A stretch of 64,000 bases of DNA from a virus (Duplodnaviria > Caudoviricetes). Both the position numbers and the translations under genes were made by a program. Of this stretch, positions 9,628 to 18,788 are shown piece after piece. Positions within the stretch are counted from its first letter, which is position 1. Each line of letters opens with the position of its first letter. A model generated the notes under the pieces. It searched no databases. It was not told where the DNA came from and saw only the letters and a list, made by a program, of their open reading frames with translations. The stretch covers positions 95,904 through 159,903 of the IMG/VR virus record IMGVR_UViG_2920693923_000001, one strand, 5' to 3'.

Positions 9628-10203
9628 ATGTCAGTAAATTTAGTCAAAGGACAGAAAATTAATTTATCTAAGGAAGTAGCAGGTGGTCTTACAAAGATTA
9701 TGGTAGGACTTGGATGGGATGCTGTTAAGAAAGGATTATTTGGCTCTAAGCCAAACATTGATTGCGATGCTTCGGCAATTATTTTGGGAAAAGATGATAA
9801 GTATCGTACATGTGTTTATTATGGTGACAGATCAGCGGAAGACAGATGTGTGTATCATCATGGCGACAACCTCACAGGAGATGGAGACGGTGATGATGAG
9901 CAGATTACAGTTGATCTTGCGAATATTACAAATAAGGTTGAGAAGATTGTATTTGTAGTAAATATCTATGATTGTATTTCAAGAAAGCAGGATTTTGGAC
10001 TTATCAAGAATGCGTACATTAGACTTGTTGATGAGTCAACTGGTAAGGAAATTTGTAAATACAATCTTTCAGATGATTATGCTGGCAAAACAGCAATGGT
10101 ATTTGCAGAGGTTTATAAGAAAGACGGAGAGTGGAAATTTAACGCTATCGGTCAGGGAACAAATGATTCAAGTATTAGCGAATTAACAAGAAGATACAAA
10201 TAG
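9628..10203 (+). CDS. TerD/TerZ-family protein
   Basis: GLGWD, GDNLTGDGDGDDE, WKFNAIGQG motifs. Confidence 0.9.
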   Translation: MSVNLVKGQKINLSKEVAGGLTKIMVGLGWDAVKKGLFGSKPNIDCDASAIILGKDDKYRTCVYYGDRSAEDRCVYHHGDNLTGDGDGDDEQITVDLANITNKVEKIVFVVNIYDCISRKQDFGLIKNAYIRLVDESTGKEICKYNLSDDYAGKTAMVFAEVYKKDGEWKFNAIGQGTNDSSISELTRRYK

Positions 10204-10215
10204 GAGGATTTAATT

Positions 10216-10797
10216 ATGTCAGTTTCGTTAAGTAAAGGACAGAGAGTAGATTTAACAAAGGGTAGACCGTCATTAAAAAACATTCTTGTTGGACTTGGAT
10301 GGGATATTAATCATTATGACGGAGAAGCAGATTTTGATCTCGATGCCTCAGTGTTTATGACAAAAGAGAATGGCAAGGTTGGCAAGGATGAGGATTTCAT
10401 TTTCTATGGTAATCTTGAACATAGTTCAAAGAGTGTAAAGCATATGGGAGACAACCGTACAGGTGAGGGAGATGGAGATGATGAGGTTATTAAGATTAAA
10501 CTTGATAAAATCCCATCAGACTATGAGACTCTTGCTGTGACGGTTACAATTTATGATGCTGAGAGCAGACTTCAGAATTTCGGTATGGTTGGAAATGCAT
10601 ATGTGCGTGTAGTAGACGAAGAGACAGGCGAGGAACTTATTCGTTTCGATTTAAGCGAAGACTTCTCTACGGAGACTGCGTTAGTCGTAGCTGAAATTTA
10701 TAAACATAATGGCGAATGGAAGTTTAAGGCTGTAGGAAGTGGCTATAATGGTGGATTAAAAGCATTATGTAATCAGTATGGAATTGATGCAGAGTAG
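10216..10797 (+). CDS. terD: TerD-family protein
   Basis: GLGWD, DLDAS, GDNRTGEGDGDDE, WKFKAVG motifs. Confidence 0.92.
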   Translation: MSVSLSKGQRVDLTKGRPSLKNILVGLGWDINHYDGEADFDLDASVFMTKENGKVGKDEDFIFYGNLEHSSKSVKHMGDNRTGEGDGDDEVIKIKLDKIPSDYETLAVTVTIYDAESRLQNFGMVGNAYVRVVDEETGEELIRFDLSEDFSTETALVVAEIYKHNGEWKFKAVGSGYNGGLKALCNQYGIDAE

Positions 10798-10806
10798 GAG
10801 GACTGT

Positions 10807-11556
10807 ATGACAAATTTTATGTTTATTGTAATTGTGGCGATTGTATTAATTGCACTGGTTCTTTTCTTTACTCCTTTTGGTAAACAGCTTCGAGTAAAGT
10901 TTAAAGGAAGAACGGATGAAGTAATGCGTCAGGATGCACAGACACCAGAAGGTGCTAGAGATTATTACAACGCAGCTATTAGAGAAAAGGAAGATTTTTA
11001 TAACAGGGCATCTGCTACATATGCTGAAATCTCAGGAAAACGTGATACAGCAGAAAAAGACTTGTATCAGGCGAATAAAGATATTATGCGTGTTACACAG
11101 CAGATTAACGCTTGTCTTGATGAAAACAAAGAGGATGAGGCAATGCAGTATGCAATGAAGAAGTCTACTTTGGAGAATAAGATTAATGTACTAAAAGATA
11201 CAATCGAAGAGATGAAAGAAGCACAGGCTCACCAGAAAGACATTCGTGATCAAGCAGCCGAAGAATTGCAGAAACTTAAAGAGGAAAAGGAACAGGTTCT
11301 TTTTCAGATGGAAGCCGATAGCCAGATTATTGAACTTCATCAGAGTATGGATAGTCTTAATACGAATAATGAGAGCGATAGAATGCTTGAAAGAGTTCGT
11401 GAAGGCGCAAGAAAGACAAGAGAACGTGCAGAAGGAAGTAGAATTGCATATGATTCTAGCGCACAGGCTAATGAGAGAAGACTTGCTAATTCTGAAAGAG
11501 AGCGTAATGCTCGTCAGATCCTTGATGATATGAAGAGACAGAGAGGTAATAAGTAA
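10807..11556 (+). CDS. PspA/IM30-like coiled-coil protein with N-terminal TM anchor
   Basis: N-terminal hydrophobic helix, then ~220 aa of coiled coil with a PspA-like pattern. Confidence 0.6.
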   Translation: MTNFMFIVIVAIVLIALVLFFTPFGKQLRVKFKGRTDEVMRQDAQTPEGARDYYNAAIREKEDFYNRASATYAEISGKRDTAEKDLYQANKDIMRVTQQINACLDENKEDEAMQYAMKKSTLENKINVLKDTIEEMKEAQAHQKDIRDQAAEELQKLKEEKEQVLFQMEADSQIIELHQSMDSLNTNNESDRMLERVREGARKTRERAEGSRIAYDSSAQANERRLANSERERNARQILDDMKRQRGNK

Positions 11557-11648
11557 TGATTGTATTAAACATTGGAGTTTTCGTAATCTGTCTCGGTGTA
11601 TGCTTTGGAGCAGGTTTTATTGTAGGAAAACGTAAGAAGAATAAATAA
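11556..11648 (+). CDS. 30-aa single-TM peptide (MIVLNIGVFVICLGVCFGAGFIVGKRKKNK)
   Basis: TAATG coupling to the PspA-like gene; GAGGT RBS. Confidence 0.6.
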   Translation: MIVLNIGVFVICLGVCFGAGFIVGKRKKNK

Positions 11649-11652
11649 TTCA

Positions 11653-11684
11653 AGAGTTGGTAGGTGTCATAGCCTACTGACTCT
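11653..11684 (+). terminator. Stem-loop closing the ATPase-ter operon
   Basis: AGAGTTGGTAGG / CCTACTGACTCT inverted repeat; no clear U-tract. Confidence 0.5.
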
Positions 11685-11690
11685 ATCAAT

Positions 11691-11738
11691 ACACCATATG
11701 TAGTGATTGCAAAACACAATACATACTATATATGGTGT
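11691..11738. promoter_or_regulatory. Tandem NrdR-box-like pair
   Basis: ACACCATATGTAGTGA and ATACTATATATGGTGT, starts 32 bp apart. Confidence 0.7.
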
Positions 11739-11794
11739 ATAAATTGTATTAGAAAGAAACGCACATTTCTTGCGGAATTTTGGAGGTGAAAAAC

Positions 11795-12193
11795 ATGAAG
11801 ATAATTGGCTGGGAAAGAAAAGGTAATGTAGTTAAATTTGCGTTGGGCGATAATCATTTAAAGGATTGGAGTGGCGATGATTGGAATGATGCTCCATATG
11901 AACATAATGCATGTACAACTCCTTTATTTGGCATTGAAAAATACTTAGAAGTTGCATTTACATATGAATCATCAATATTAGAACCATGTGATGATTATAA
12001 TTATCACGGTAATTCTCCGTTTTGTATGGATGATTTTAAGGAAAGAAAAGTGCCATTTATGATAATTGATACGACTGGAGAAGAGATGTATTATTCGAAA
12101 GCATTATTGAACAATAAAAATGCTTTTGTTTTTATGGGTGATAATATTGATAAAATTCAATGGGATAAACTCAATGGAACAATTATAGGATAA
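11795..12193 (+). CDS. Hypothetical phage protein (GDDWNDAPYEHNA motif)
   Basis: GGAGGTG RBS. Confidence 0.75.
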   Translation: MKIIGWERKGNVVKFALGDNHLKDWSGDDWNDAPYEHNACTTPLFGIEKYLEVAFTYESSILEPCDDYNYHGNSPFCMDDFKERKVPFMIIDTTGEEMYYSKALLNNKNAFVFMGDNIDKIQWDKLNGTIIG

Positions 12194-12204
12194 TGAGGTG
12201 AGCA

Positions 12205-12768
12205 ATGTCAAACTTATATGTATATTTAATATGTTCTCGCAACAAGGACAATAAGGATATTCCAAACTTTAAGGAACGAGCCAAGACAATTCTTGAGTAC
12301 AAAGAAAATGGAGATAAAGTAATTGAGGCTTTTAAGAGTTTTGCAGCTAAAGGACTTCCTGGTGAACAGACAAGACTATATAGATCAGTCAATTCAAGGA
12401 ACGAAGAAAAAATCAGAGAAGAATTTATTATCCGTCTGTTGAGAGACAAACCAAGTATGACACAGCTTAATCGTACATTGGCATCTGTTGCACAGCAGGT
12501 ACAAAATCGTGATGAGAGTAAATGGATGTTTGATTTTGATGTAGATGATGAGCTATTGATGAATGATTTTGTCCACGAGATAGCTATGTATTCGGAAATT
12601 CCATTGTTAGATATACAGGTATATAAAACTCCTCATGGTTATGCAATTATTGTCCCACATGGTTTTGATATAAGAGGGCTTATGGAAGAATGGAAAGATT
12701 ATGACATCACATTGAAAAAAGATGAGTTGTTGTTTTTGAACATGATAACGAATGAGGTGGAAGAGTGA
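12205..12768 (+). CDS. Hypothetical protein, possibly AEP/primase-polymerase-like fold
   Basis: WMFDFD and KTPHGYA motifs; the fold call is tentative. Confidence 0.6.
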   Translation: MSNLYVYLICSRNKDNKDIPNFKERAKTILEYKENGDKVIEAFKSFAAKGLPGEQTRLYRSVNSRNEEKIREEFIIRLLRDKPSMTQLNRTLASVAQQVQNRDESKWMFDFDVDDELLMNDFVHEIAMYSEIPLLDIQVYKTPHGYAIIVPHGFDIRGLMEEWKDYDITLKKDELLFLNMITNEVEE

Positions 12769-13058
12769 AATTAACAATTGATATTCCAAAAGGATATGAA
12801 AGAGATTTTATAGCTGATAAGTTTAAAGATTTCTTTTCAAGAGTAATTACAGATATAGACTATAGCGATCTGTGTGGTAATTATGAAAAAGAAATTGCAG
12901 AAATGTTTTTAGAAGCATTTGACAAAGCTATTATTGGTGATACTAATCTAAATGCTAATGTTATTCCAGTTGAAAATATATCTTTTGACAAAGAAGATAT
13001 GAAGAAGATGATTCAAGACGAATTAAAGAAGTTCCAAGTAGAGAATAATCTAATATAG
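12765..13058 (+). CDS. Hypothetical phage protein
   Basis: GTGA overlap with the upstream gene; GAGGTG RBS. Confidence 0.7.
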   Translation: MKLTIDIPKGYERDFIADKFKDFFSRVITDIDYSDLCGNYEKEIAEMFLEAFDKAIIGDTNLNANVIPVENISFDKEDMKKMIQDELKKFQVENNLI

Positions 13059-13244
13059 AAGTAATTCTATTCACGGCTGATCAGCCAAATTTCCCCAAAA
13101 AGTAACAAGAAATATTTTTTTCATTCGATTAGGCAAACGTGCCTATTTTCGGGTGATTTTACAACAAAATAATATTAAAAAGAAAGGATTTAACAGTAAA
13201 TTCTAGGTAATTATGGTTACGTAACCTCTGTAGATTAAAGGATT

Positions 13245-14681
13245 TTGACAGAGAATAAAGAAAAAAATAATTATTATGAGAAGAACTGGAAGTTAGTAAA
13301 CTTCTGTGAGTTCGATAAATATGCAACACGTTCTTATTGTGCTATTCACAATGAGAATGAAAGTAAAAATCTTGGCGATATTACTAAAGTTGATGAGACA
13401 AAACTTGAACCATTTAATATGATTTGTGGAGGGTCACCCTGCCAAGATTTTTCGGTCGCTGGTAAGCAGAAAGGTTCTATGTGGACTTGTAAAGATTGTG
13501 GACATGAGTATAATCCACTGACAGTTCATTGGTCAGAAAGAGATAAATGTCCATGCTGCGGAAGTAATAATATTGAGAAGACTCGATCTTCTTTACTTGT
13601 AGAATATCTGAGAGTTATCAGAGCAAATAAACCAAATTTCGGTATGTATGAGAATGTAAAGAATATTGTAGGGAAACAGTTCAAAGATACATTCAAAATG
13701 TTTACAGATGAGTTGGACGAGTATGGTTACAATGTGTACTGGAAAGTTCTCAACGCAAAAGACTATGGTATTCCACAGAATCGAGAGCGTGTGTATCTGA
13801 TTTTTATTAAAAAAGAATTGGATAACGGTAAGTTTACATATCCTGAACCATTTGATAATGGAATGAGATTAAAAGATATTCTTGAAGAGAATGTTGATGA
13901 AAAATTCTATATTTCAGAAGATAAAGTGCAGAAAATTCTCAATAGTAATTTTATGCAAGAAAAATTAAGAATTCAGGATGTGAATTCATCTTGCAGTTGT
14001 TTGCTTGCGAGAGATTACAAAGATCCAAAATGTGTACCAATGAATAATTCAGATACAAATCATCCTATGAGGATTGGTAATATTTATGGAGAACAATTTG
14101 GTACTGGATATGCGGGCAACGTATGGGATGAAAACGGTGTATCACCAACTCTAATGACTTGTACAGATGGCGGTAGACAACCGCATATTACAGAAATAAT
14201 GAATAATAAAGTGGCAATTAAACAAGCTACGAAGAAAGGTTACATTGAATGTGAGGTAGGTGGTGTAGCAGATTTATCATATCCTGAATCTAAGACTAGA
14301 AGAGGAAGAGTTCAAGAAGATGGTAATATTTGTCCAACGATTACTGCAACAGAGACAGGTGTTTGCAGGATTGAATCACCTATTCGTGTCAGAAAGCTTA
14401 CTCCGAAGGAATGTTTCAGACTTATGGGACTCTCAGATGAAAATTTTGATGCTGCTGAAAAGATGGTTAGTAATAGTCAGTTGTACAAGCAAGCAGGTAA
14501 TTCCATCGTAGTAGATGTTTTGTATTACATATTAGTTGAGTTATATAAGGTTATGCCATATTTATTTGATGATTTAAAACTAAGTAGTTTCTTCTCAGGA
14601 ATTGGTGCTTTTGAGATTGCATTGAATAGATTATATGAGAGCATTAATACTGGAAATTTTCGTCAGCCACAAGTGGATTAA
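13245..14681 (+). CDS. DNA (cytosine-5) methyltransferase, circularly permuted, with Zn-ribbon insertion
   Basis: Motifs II (CEFD), III (GDI), IV (GSPCQDFS), VI (ENV), VIII (QNRERV), IX, X (QAGNS), then motif I (FFSGIGAFE) at the C-terminus. Confidence 0.9.
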   Translation: MTENKEKNNYYEKNWKLVNFCEFDKYATRSYCAIHNENESKNLGDITKVDETKLEPFNMICGGSPCQDFSVAGKQKGSMWTCKDCGHEYNPLTVHWSERDKCPCCGSNNIEKTRSSLLVEYLRVIRANKPNFGMYENVKNIVGKQFKDTFKMFTDELDEYGYNVYWKVLNAKDYGIPQNRERVYLIFIKKELDNGKFTYPEPFDNGMRLKDILEENVDEKFYISEDKVQKILNSNFMQEKLRIQDVNSSCSCLLARDYKDPKCVPMNNSDTNHPMRIGNIYGEQFGTGYAGNVWDENGVSPTLMTCTDGGRQPHITEIMNNKVAIKQATKKGYIECEVGGVADLSYPESKTRRGRVQEDGNICPTITATETGVCRIESPIRVRKLTPKECFRLMGLSDENFDAAEKMVSNSQLYKQAGNSIVVDVLYYILVELYKVMPYLFDDLKLSSFFSGIGAFEIALNRLYESINTGNFRQPQVD

Positions 14682-14950
14682 GTTCTGCTTGTGGTGATTT
14701 AGATAAGAAAATTTATGTATATGATGACTATAATAGCAGGTTTATAAAAGATTAAGAACGAATGGGAACTATCACAACAAACATCGGAGCAAGTGCATTA
14801 CGAAATGGAATAAAACTTATTGAAATATCAAATGTTTGTATTGATGATACACAAGGTTTTGATGGAGTAAGATTTTATAATGGCTACACGCCAACTTTAA
14901 GAAGCCAACGAAGCGGATTAAAAGTTTTTGAAGATACAAGTAGAGAATAA
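14654..14950 (+). pseudogene. -1 frame extension of the methyltransferase (variable-region-like modules), interrupted by TAA at 14753
   Basis: A_AAT_TTT slippery heptamer plus 11-bp hairpin; -1 frame reads ...IYVYDDYNSRFIKD*ERMGTITT...YTPTLRSQ. Confidence 0.6.
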
Positions 14951-14973
14951 TACAATAAGTAGTTGAAAAAACA

Positions 14974-15021
14974 AAACAATATATAGTGTGGAAATATTGT
15001 AATACATCCTATATATTGCAT
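14974..15021. promoter_or_regulatory. Tandem NrdR-box-like pair
   Basis: AAACAATATATAGTGT and ATCCTATATATTGCAT, starts 32 bp apart. Confidence 0.65.
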
Positions 15022-15074
15022 AAAAATTAAGACCGATTGAAAGCGGAACTTCTTTTTTAACGAAAGGAGAGAAT

Positions 15075-15308
15075 ATGGAAGGAATAACTAGGAATATAAA
15101 AGACGAAAAACAGTCTATCCGTAATGAACTTATTCAGAGAATTAAATATTGTGGACAATATATAGTAGACAACGCTGAAATAATCCTTGGAGAAGATAAA
15201 TATCTTGCCGATTTATATTTGACATGTAACTTTTTTGATAGAAGTGAAGCTCCATATGTAACTGTCAATAAAGATATAATCCCAGATGGTTTTATTGAAG
15301 AAAGATAA
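15075..15308 (+). CDS. Hypothetical phage protein
   Basis: AAAGGAG RBS. Confidence 0.7.
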   Translation: MEGITRNIKDEKQSIRNELIQRIKYCGQYIVDNAEIILGEDKYLADLYLTCNFFDRSEAPYVTVNKDIIPDGFIEER

Positions 15309-15334
15309 CTTGTGAAGACGATAGGAGAATAAGT

Positions 15335-16057
15335 ATGTATCCAGAATACGATGATTTTTATGAGCCAAGTGAAGGTGAAATGTTTTTTGATGAAATGAAA
15401 GAAAAGTTCAGAGAGATTTTACGTGAAGATGTAAACTCTGAAATTAACAGATTAACAAAAGAAAATGCAGAATTAAGACAGAAAGTTAAAGAGTACAATG
15501 ATAAAAATTGGGATCTGTCTCGTAGAGAAAATGATTTACAGTACAAGATAGACAATTACAAACGAGAGGTAGAAAACGATTTTTACAATAAAACAATGGA
15601 AGAAGTTTTTGAAAAATTATTAGAAGACTCAGAAGTGTGGTATGCAGAACATGTTCCTCATGAGAAACCAAAATGTAATTTATGTAACGAGGAAAGAAAA
15701 CTTATTGCAGTATATCCAAATGGTGAAACTGTAACCAAGGATTGTGAATGTTCTCGACCAGTATATATTTATGAGCCAGCTATTTCATTGAATAAAGAGA
15801 TTAAATTTCATAAAGCATATAAGCCAAGATACAGTGATAAAAAGAAAATCTATTTTACTAAAAATCACGAACCAAACAAGGATTATGCAGATGTATACGA
15901 TTATTATAGTGAATTTAGGATAGAGAGTATTTTTGATGATTTTAACGATGATGTAATTCTATGTCACAATGGTAAAAGATATGGAGAAAAAATTGCATTC
16001 AGAAGTAAAGAGGCTTGTCAGAAATATTGTGATTGGCTTAATAAGGAGAATAAGTAA
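15335..16057 (+). CDS. Hypothetical phage protein (coiled coil plus CxxC)
   Basis: AGGAG RBS, 240 aa. Confidence 0.75.
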   Translation: MYPEYDDFYEPSEGEMFFDEMKEKFREILREDVNSEINRLTKENAELRQKVKEYNDKNWDLSRRENDLQYKIDNYKREVENDFYNKTMEEVFEKLLEDSEVWYAEHVPHEKPKCNLCNEERKLIAVYPNGETVTKDCECSRPVYIYEPAISLNKEIKFHKAYKPRYSDKKKIYFTKNHEPNKDYADVYDYYSEFRIESIFDDFNDDVILCHNGKRYGEKIAFRSKEACQKYCDWLNKENK

Positions 16058-16327
16058 ATGAATAAAGCTGTTTTAGTGTTAGATATGCCAAGTAGTTGTG
16101 ATAAATGTCCATGTTTTTGTGGTCATTATTCTGATATGTGCTGCATGGCTTTAAATAACCGTACAATTGATTATCCATATCCGAAAGATTTTAGACAAAG
16201 ATGGTGTCCATTGAAAGAATTATCAGATGAAAAACACAATGATGAATATATGGATGAATATTGTGATGGCTATGATGATGGATGGAACTCATTAAGAAAG
16301 AAAATTTTAGGTGAAGATAATGAATAA
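16058..16327 (+). CDS. Cys-rich hypothetical phage protein
   Basis: MPSSCDKCP...WCPL pattern. Confidence 0.7.
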   Translation: MNKAVLVLDMPSSCDKCPCFCGHYSDMCCMALNNRTIDYPYPKDFRQRWCPLKELSDEKHNDEYMDEYCDGYDDGWNSLRKKILGEDNE

Positions 16328-16673
16328 ACTATGTGAAATTTGTGATACAAGAAATAGACTTGGGATGTGTAAAGGCAGAGACGGAGATTTTCAATATTGT
16401 TTTAGAAGAGTTGGTTCTACGAACGGATTGGAAGAAACAATTACTCCATTTAATACGTTACATGAATTATATGAGAAGTGTAGTTGGCTTAAATGGATTG
16501 TTCCTGAAACACTTGTACTGGAAAATGAACCATATGGTAGAGGAAACGATATGGTGTTGCTTTGGGGACAATCCGAAAGACAATTAGGAACAAATGAAGG
16601 TCAGCCAGTAGGTTATGTTATAGCTAATGTAACAGAAGATATGGAGGGAATTTTGTATTCGGAAGAATCATAG
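16320..16673 (+). CDS. Hypothetical phage protein
   Basis: AGGTG RBS; overlaps the upstream stop. Confidence 0.65.
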   Translation: MNKLCEICDTRNRLGMCKGRDGDFQYCFRRVGSTNGLEETITPFNTLHELYEKCSWLKWIVPETLVLENEPYGRGNDMVLLWGQSERQLGTNEGQPVGYVIANVTEDMEGILYSEES

Positions 16674-16700
16674 ATTTCATAGGAAGAAAAGGAGACAACA

Positions 16701-18527
16701 ATGGCGGTTGAATTAAAAGTAAACGTTATCAATCAATTAAAACTATTAAGGCAAAGCACGTTTAAGGACATATATTGCTTTCTTGACGAAGATGTGCAAA
16801 ATGCCCAAAGAGCAAAAGCAACAGAAGTTAAAGTTACAATTGATAGATATGAAAATAAAGTGGTTATAGAGAACAATGGAAATATTTTAACAAATCCGCA
16901 AGCATTATTTTCTATTGCAGAAAGTGGTTGGGATGAGAGTGTGAGAAGTTCTGAAAATCCTTTTGGCATGGGGTTCTTTAGTAATATTACAGTCAGTAAT
17001 TTAATCAATGTTCATTCTGGAAACACATATATTACATTTGATGTAGAAAAAATGATTGCAACCAGTAACACAGAAATTGAAGTTGAAGAATTAGATGATT
17101 ACTATAATGGTTTCAAGCTTGTTTTGAACAATTTTGATTTTGAAACAGCAAATAGTTGGGATATTGAAGAAAGAGTAAAAATACTTGGAAAATATGTTCA
17201 TGAATTGGATATTTATTATAATGGAGAATTAGTTGAAAAGAAAGATTTAACTGAAGGAGATGATAGTGAATACCAATTTTCAATAGAAGATAATGATTGT
17301 AGTGGATGGATTGCTCTTGCAGGTAACTATAGTTGGGGAGAGAATGTTAATATTTTCTATAAGGGTAGGTTAGTCTCAAAATTAGAAAACTTGCCATATT
17401 TAAAAGGAGACTTACATGTAAGTGATAAAACATTAAACCTTACTTCACCTGATAGAAAAAATATTATAAAAGATGAAAAATTGAATGCGTTTCGAGATTT
17501 GGTTAAATTGTATGTAGAAGAATATTGTAATTCCTTGTTAATGAAAGGAATTGAAGATATAAACAACTATTCATCATGTATTGGATATTATGTGAATAAA
17601 AAGAATGTAAAAAATCTTATAAAATTTATGACTTTTAAAAGTAATAATGAGGAAGATATAAAATATTTAAAAGGGGTAGCGATTGCAAGAAGAAAAGATA
17701 AAAATATTGATAGTTTCAAAGGATATGAATTGTTTTTAAGAAAAGAAGCAGCCTCACAAAATGAACAGATTGTGCAAGAAGTAACAATAATCCCTGAATT
17801 GCAGAATAGACCTAGTGAGGCAAGAGGACGTATATATCATGAAGGATCTTATTCAAGTAGAGATGGATATGTAGAAATTCCAGAAATTAAAGAGCAAGAT
17901 TTGATTGAGCAGAAAGGTTCAGTAATTTTAAAAGAAAAAGAACCAGTATTTTTCATAGCCTTTAATGAAGTAGAACAGTATGAATACAAATTGAATATAG
18001 CAAAACATTATGATTTAAAAATTATTGTGAGCAGGAATGATGTTGAAACTTCAATCTTAAAAATAATGAAGGAATCAGATAATGTTTTACATATTTCTGA
18101 ATTAAAGGAAGATGTCATAGTAAAGGGTTGTTTATCTAATACAGAACTCTCTGTTCAGGAAAACAGAGCAATGATGTTATTTGATATGATTAGCAGGATA
18201 CTTGGATTTGATCATAATGTGTTTTCCATTGGAGATTTAATGGTAACAAAATCCATAACAATTGAAACACTTAATGTAGACGAGGAATTAGTGGAGTCTG
18301 ATATTGTTGCGCTGAAAGATAGTTTAAATAAAAAGGTATATATTGACAGAAGTATTCTTAATAAGAATCACTTGAGAGAAGATATAAACGAAAACTTAGA
18401 TGTCAGAGATTATCAATTTATTATGGCAAATTTTAAGCAATTAATGAAGGAAGTATCTTTGATTGCAGATATGAACGAAGATGATTGCGAAGAAAAGGTA
18501 CTTAATATTTTGGGTAACTGCGCATAA
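16701..18527 (+). CDS. GHKL (HATPase_c, MORC/Hsp90-like) ATPase domain protein
   Basis: EDVQNAQRAKA, ENNG and PFGMGF motifs in the N-terminal domain. Confidence 0.75.
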   Translation: MAVELKVNVINQLKLLRQSTFKDIYCFLDEDVQNAQRAKATEVKVTIDRYENKVVIENNGNILTNPQALFSIAESGWDESVRSSENPFGMGFFSNITVSNLINVHSGNTYITFDVEKMIATSNTEIEVEELDDYYNGFKLVLNNFDFETANSWDIEERVKILGKYVHELDIYYNGELVEKKDLTEGDDSEYQFSIEDNDCSGWIALAGNYSWGENVNIFYKGRLVSKLENLPYLKGDLHVSDKTLNLTSPDRKNIIKDEKLNAFRDLVKLYVEEYCNSLLMKGIEDINNYSSCIGYYVNKKNVKNLIKFMTFKSNNEEDIKYLKGVAIARRKDKNIDSFKGYELFLRKEAASQNEQIVQEVTIIPELQNRPSEARGRIYHEGSYSSRDGYVEIPEIKEQDLIEQKGSVILKEKEPVFFIAFNEVEQYEYKLNIAKHYDLKIIVSRNDVETSILKIMKESDNVLHISELKEDVIVKGCLSNTELSVQENRAMMLFDMISRILGFDHNVFSIGDLMVTKSITIETLNVDEELVESDIVALKDSLNKKVYIDRSILNKNHLREDINENLDVRDYQFIMANFKQLMKEVSLIADMNEDDCEEKVLNILGNCA

Positions 18528-18554
18528 GAAATTGGATTTCTTTTGGAGGTTTAA

Positions 18555-18743
18555 ATGGGATTAATTGAAAAATATGAAAAAAGAAAACTAAGATATGAGA
18601 AGCAACTTTCTCAAATGTCAGATGATAGTGAACTATCAGAGTATGGATTTTGGGATAAAGGGTATCTGCGTGGGAAAATTGCAATATGTGATGATATTAT
18701 AGACGATTTGAATAATATCTTAATTAAGTACAATGAAAAGTAA
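18555..18743 (+). CDS. Hypothetical phage protein
   Basis: GGAGG RBS. Confidence 0.65.
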   Translation: MGLIEKYEKRKLRYEKQLSQMSDDSELSEYGFWDKGYLRGKIAICDDIIDDLNNILIKYNEK

Positions 18744-18788
18744 TGACATCAAGTTTAAAGGAGAATAAAACAACAGGAGGTAAGCAAC

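Noticed and set aside
13130-13227. Hairpin TAGGCA/TGCCTA and palindrome GGTTACGTAACC in the methyltransferase leader
   Set aside because: Single occurrences; no function can be supported from sequence alone.
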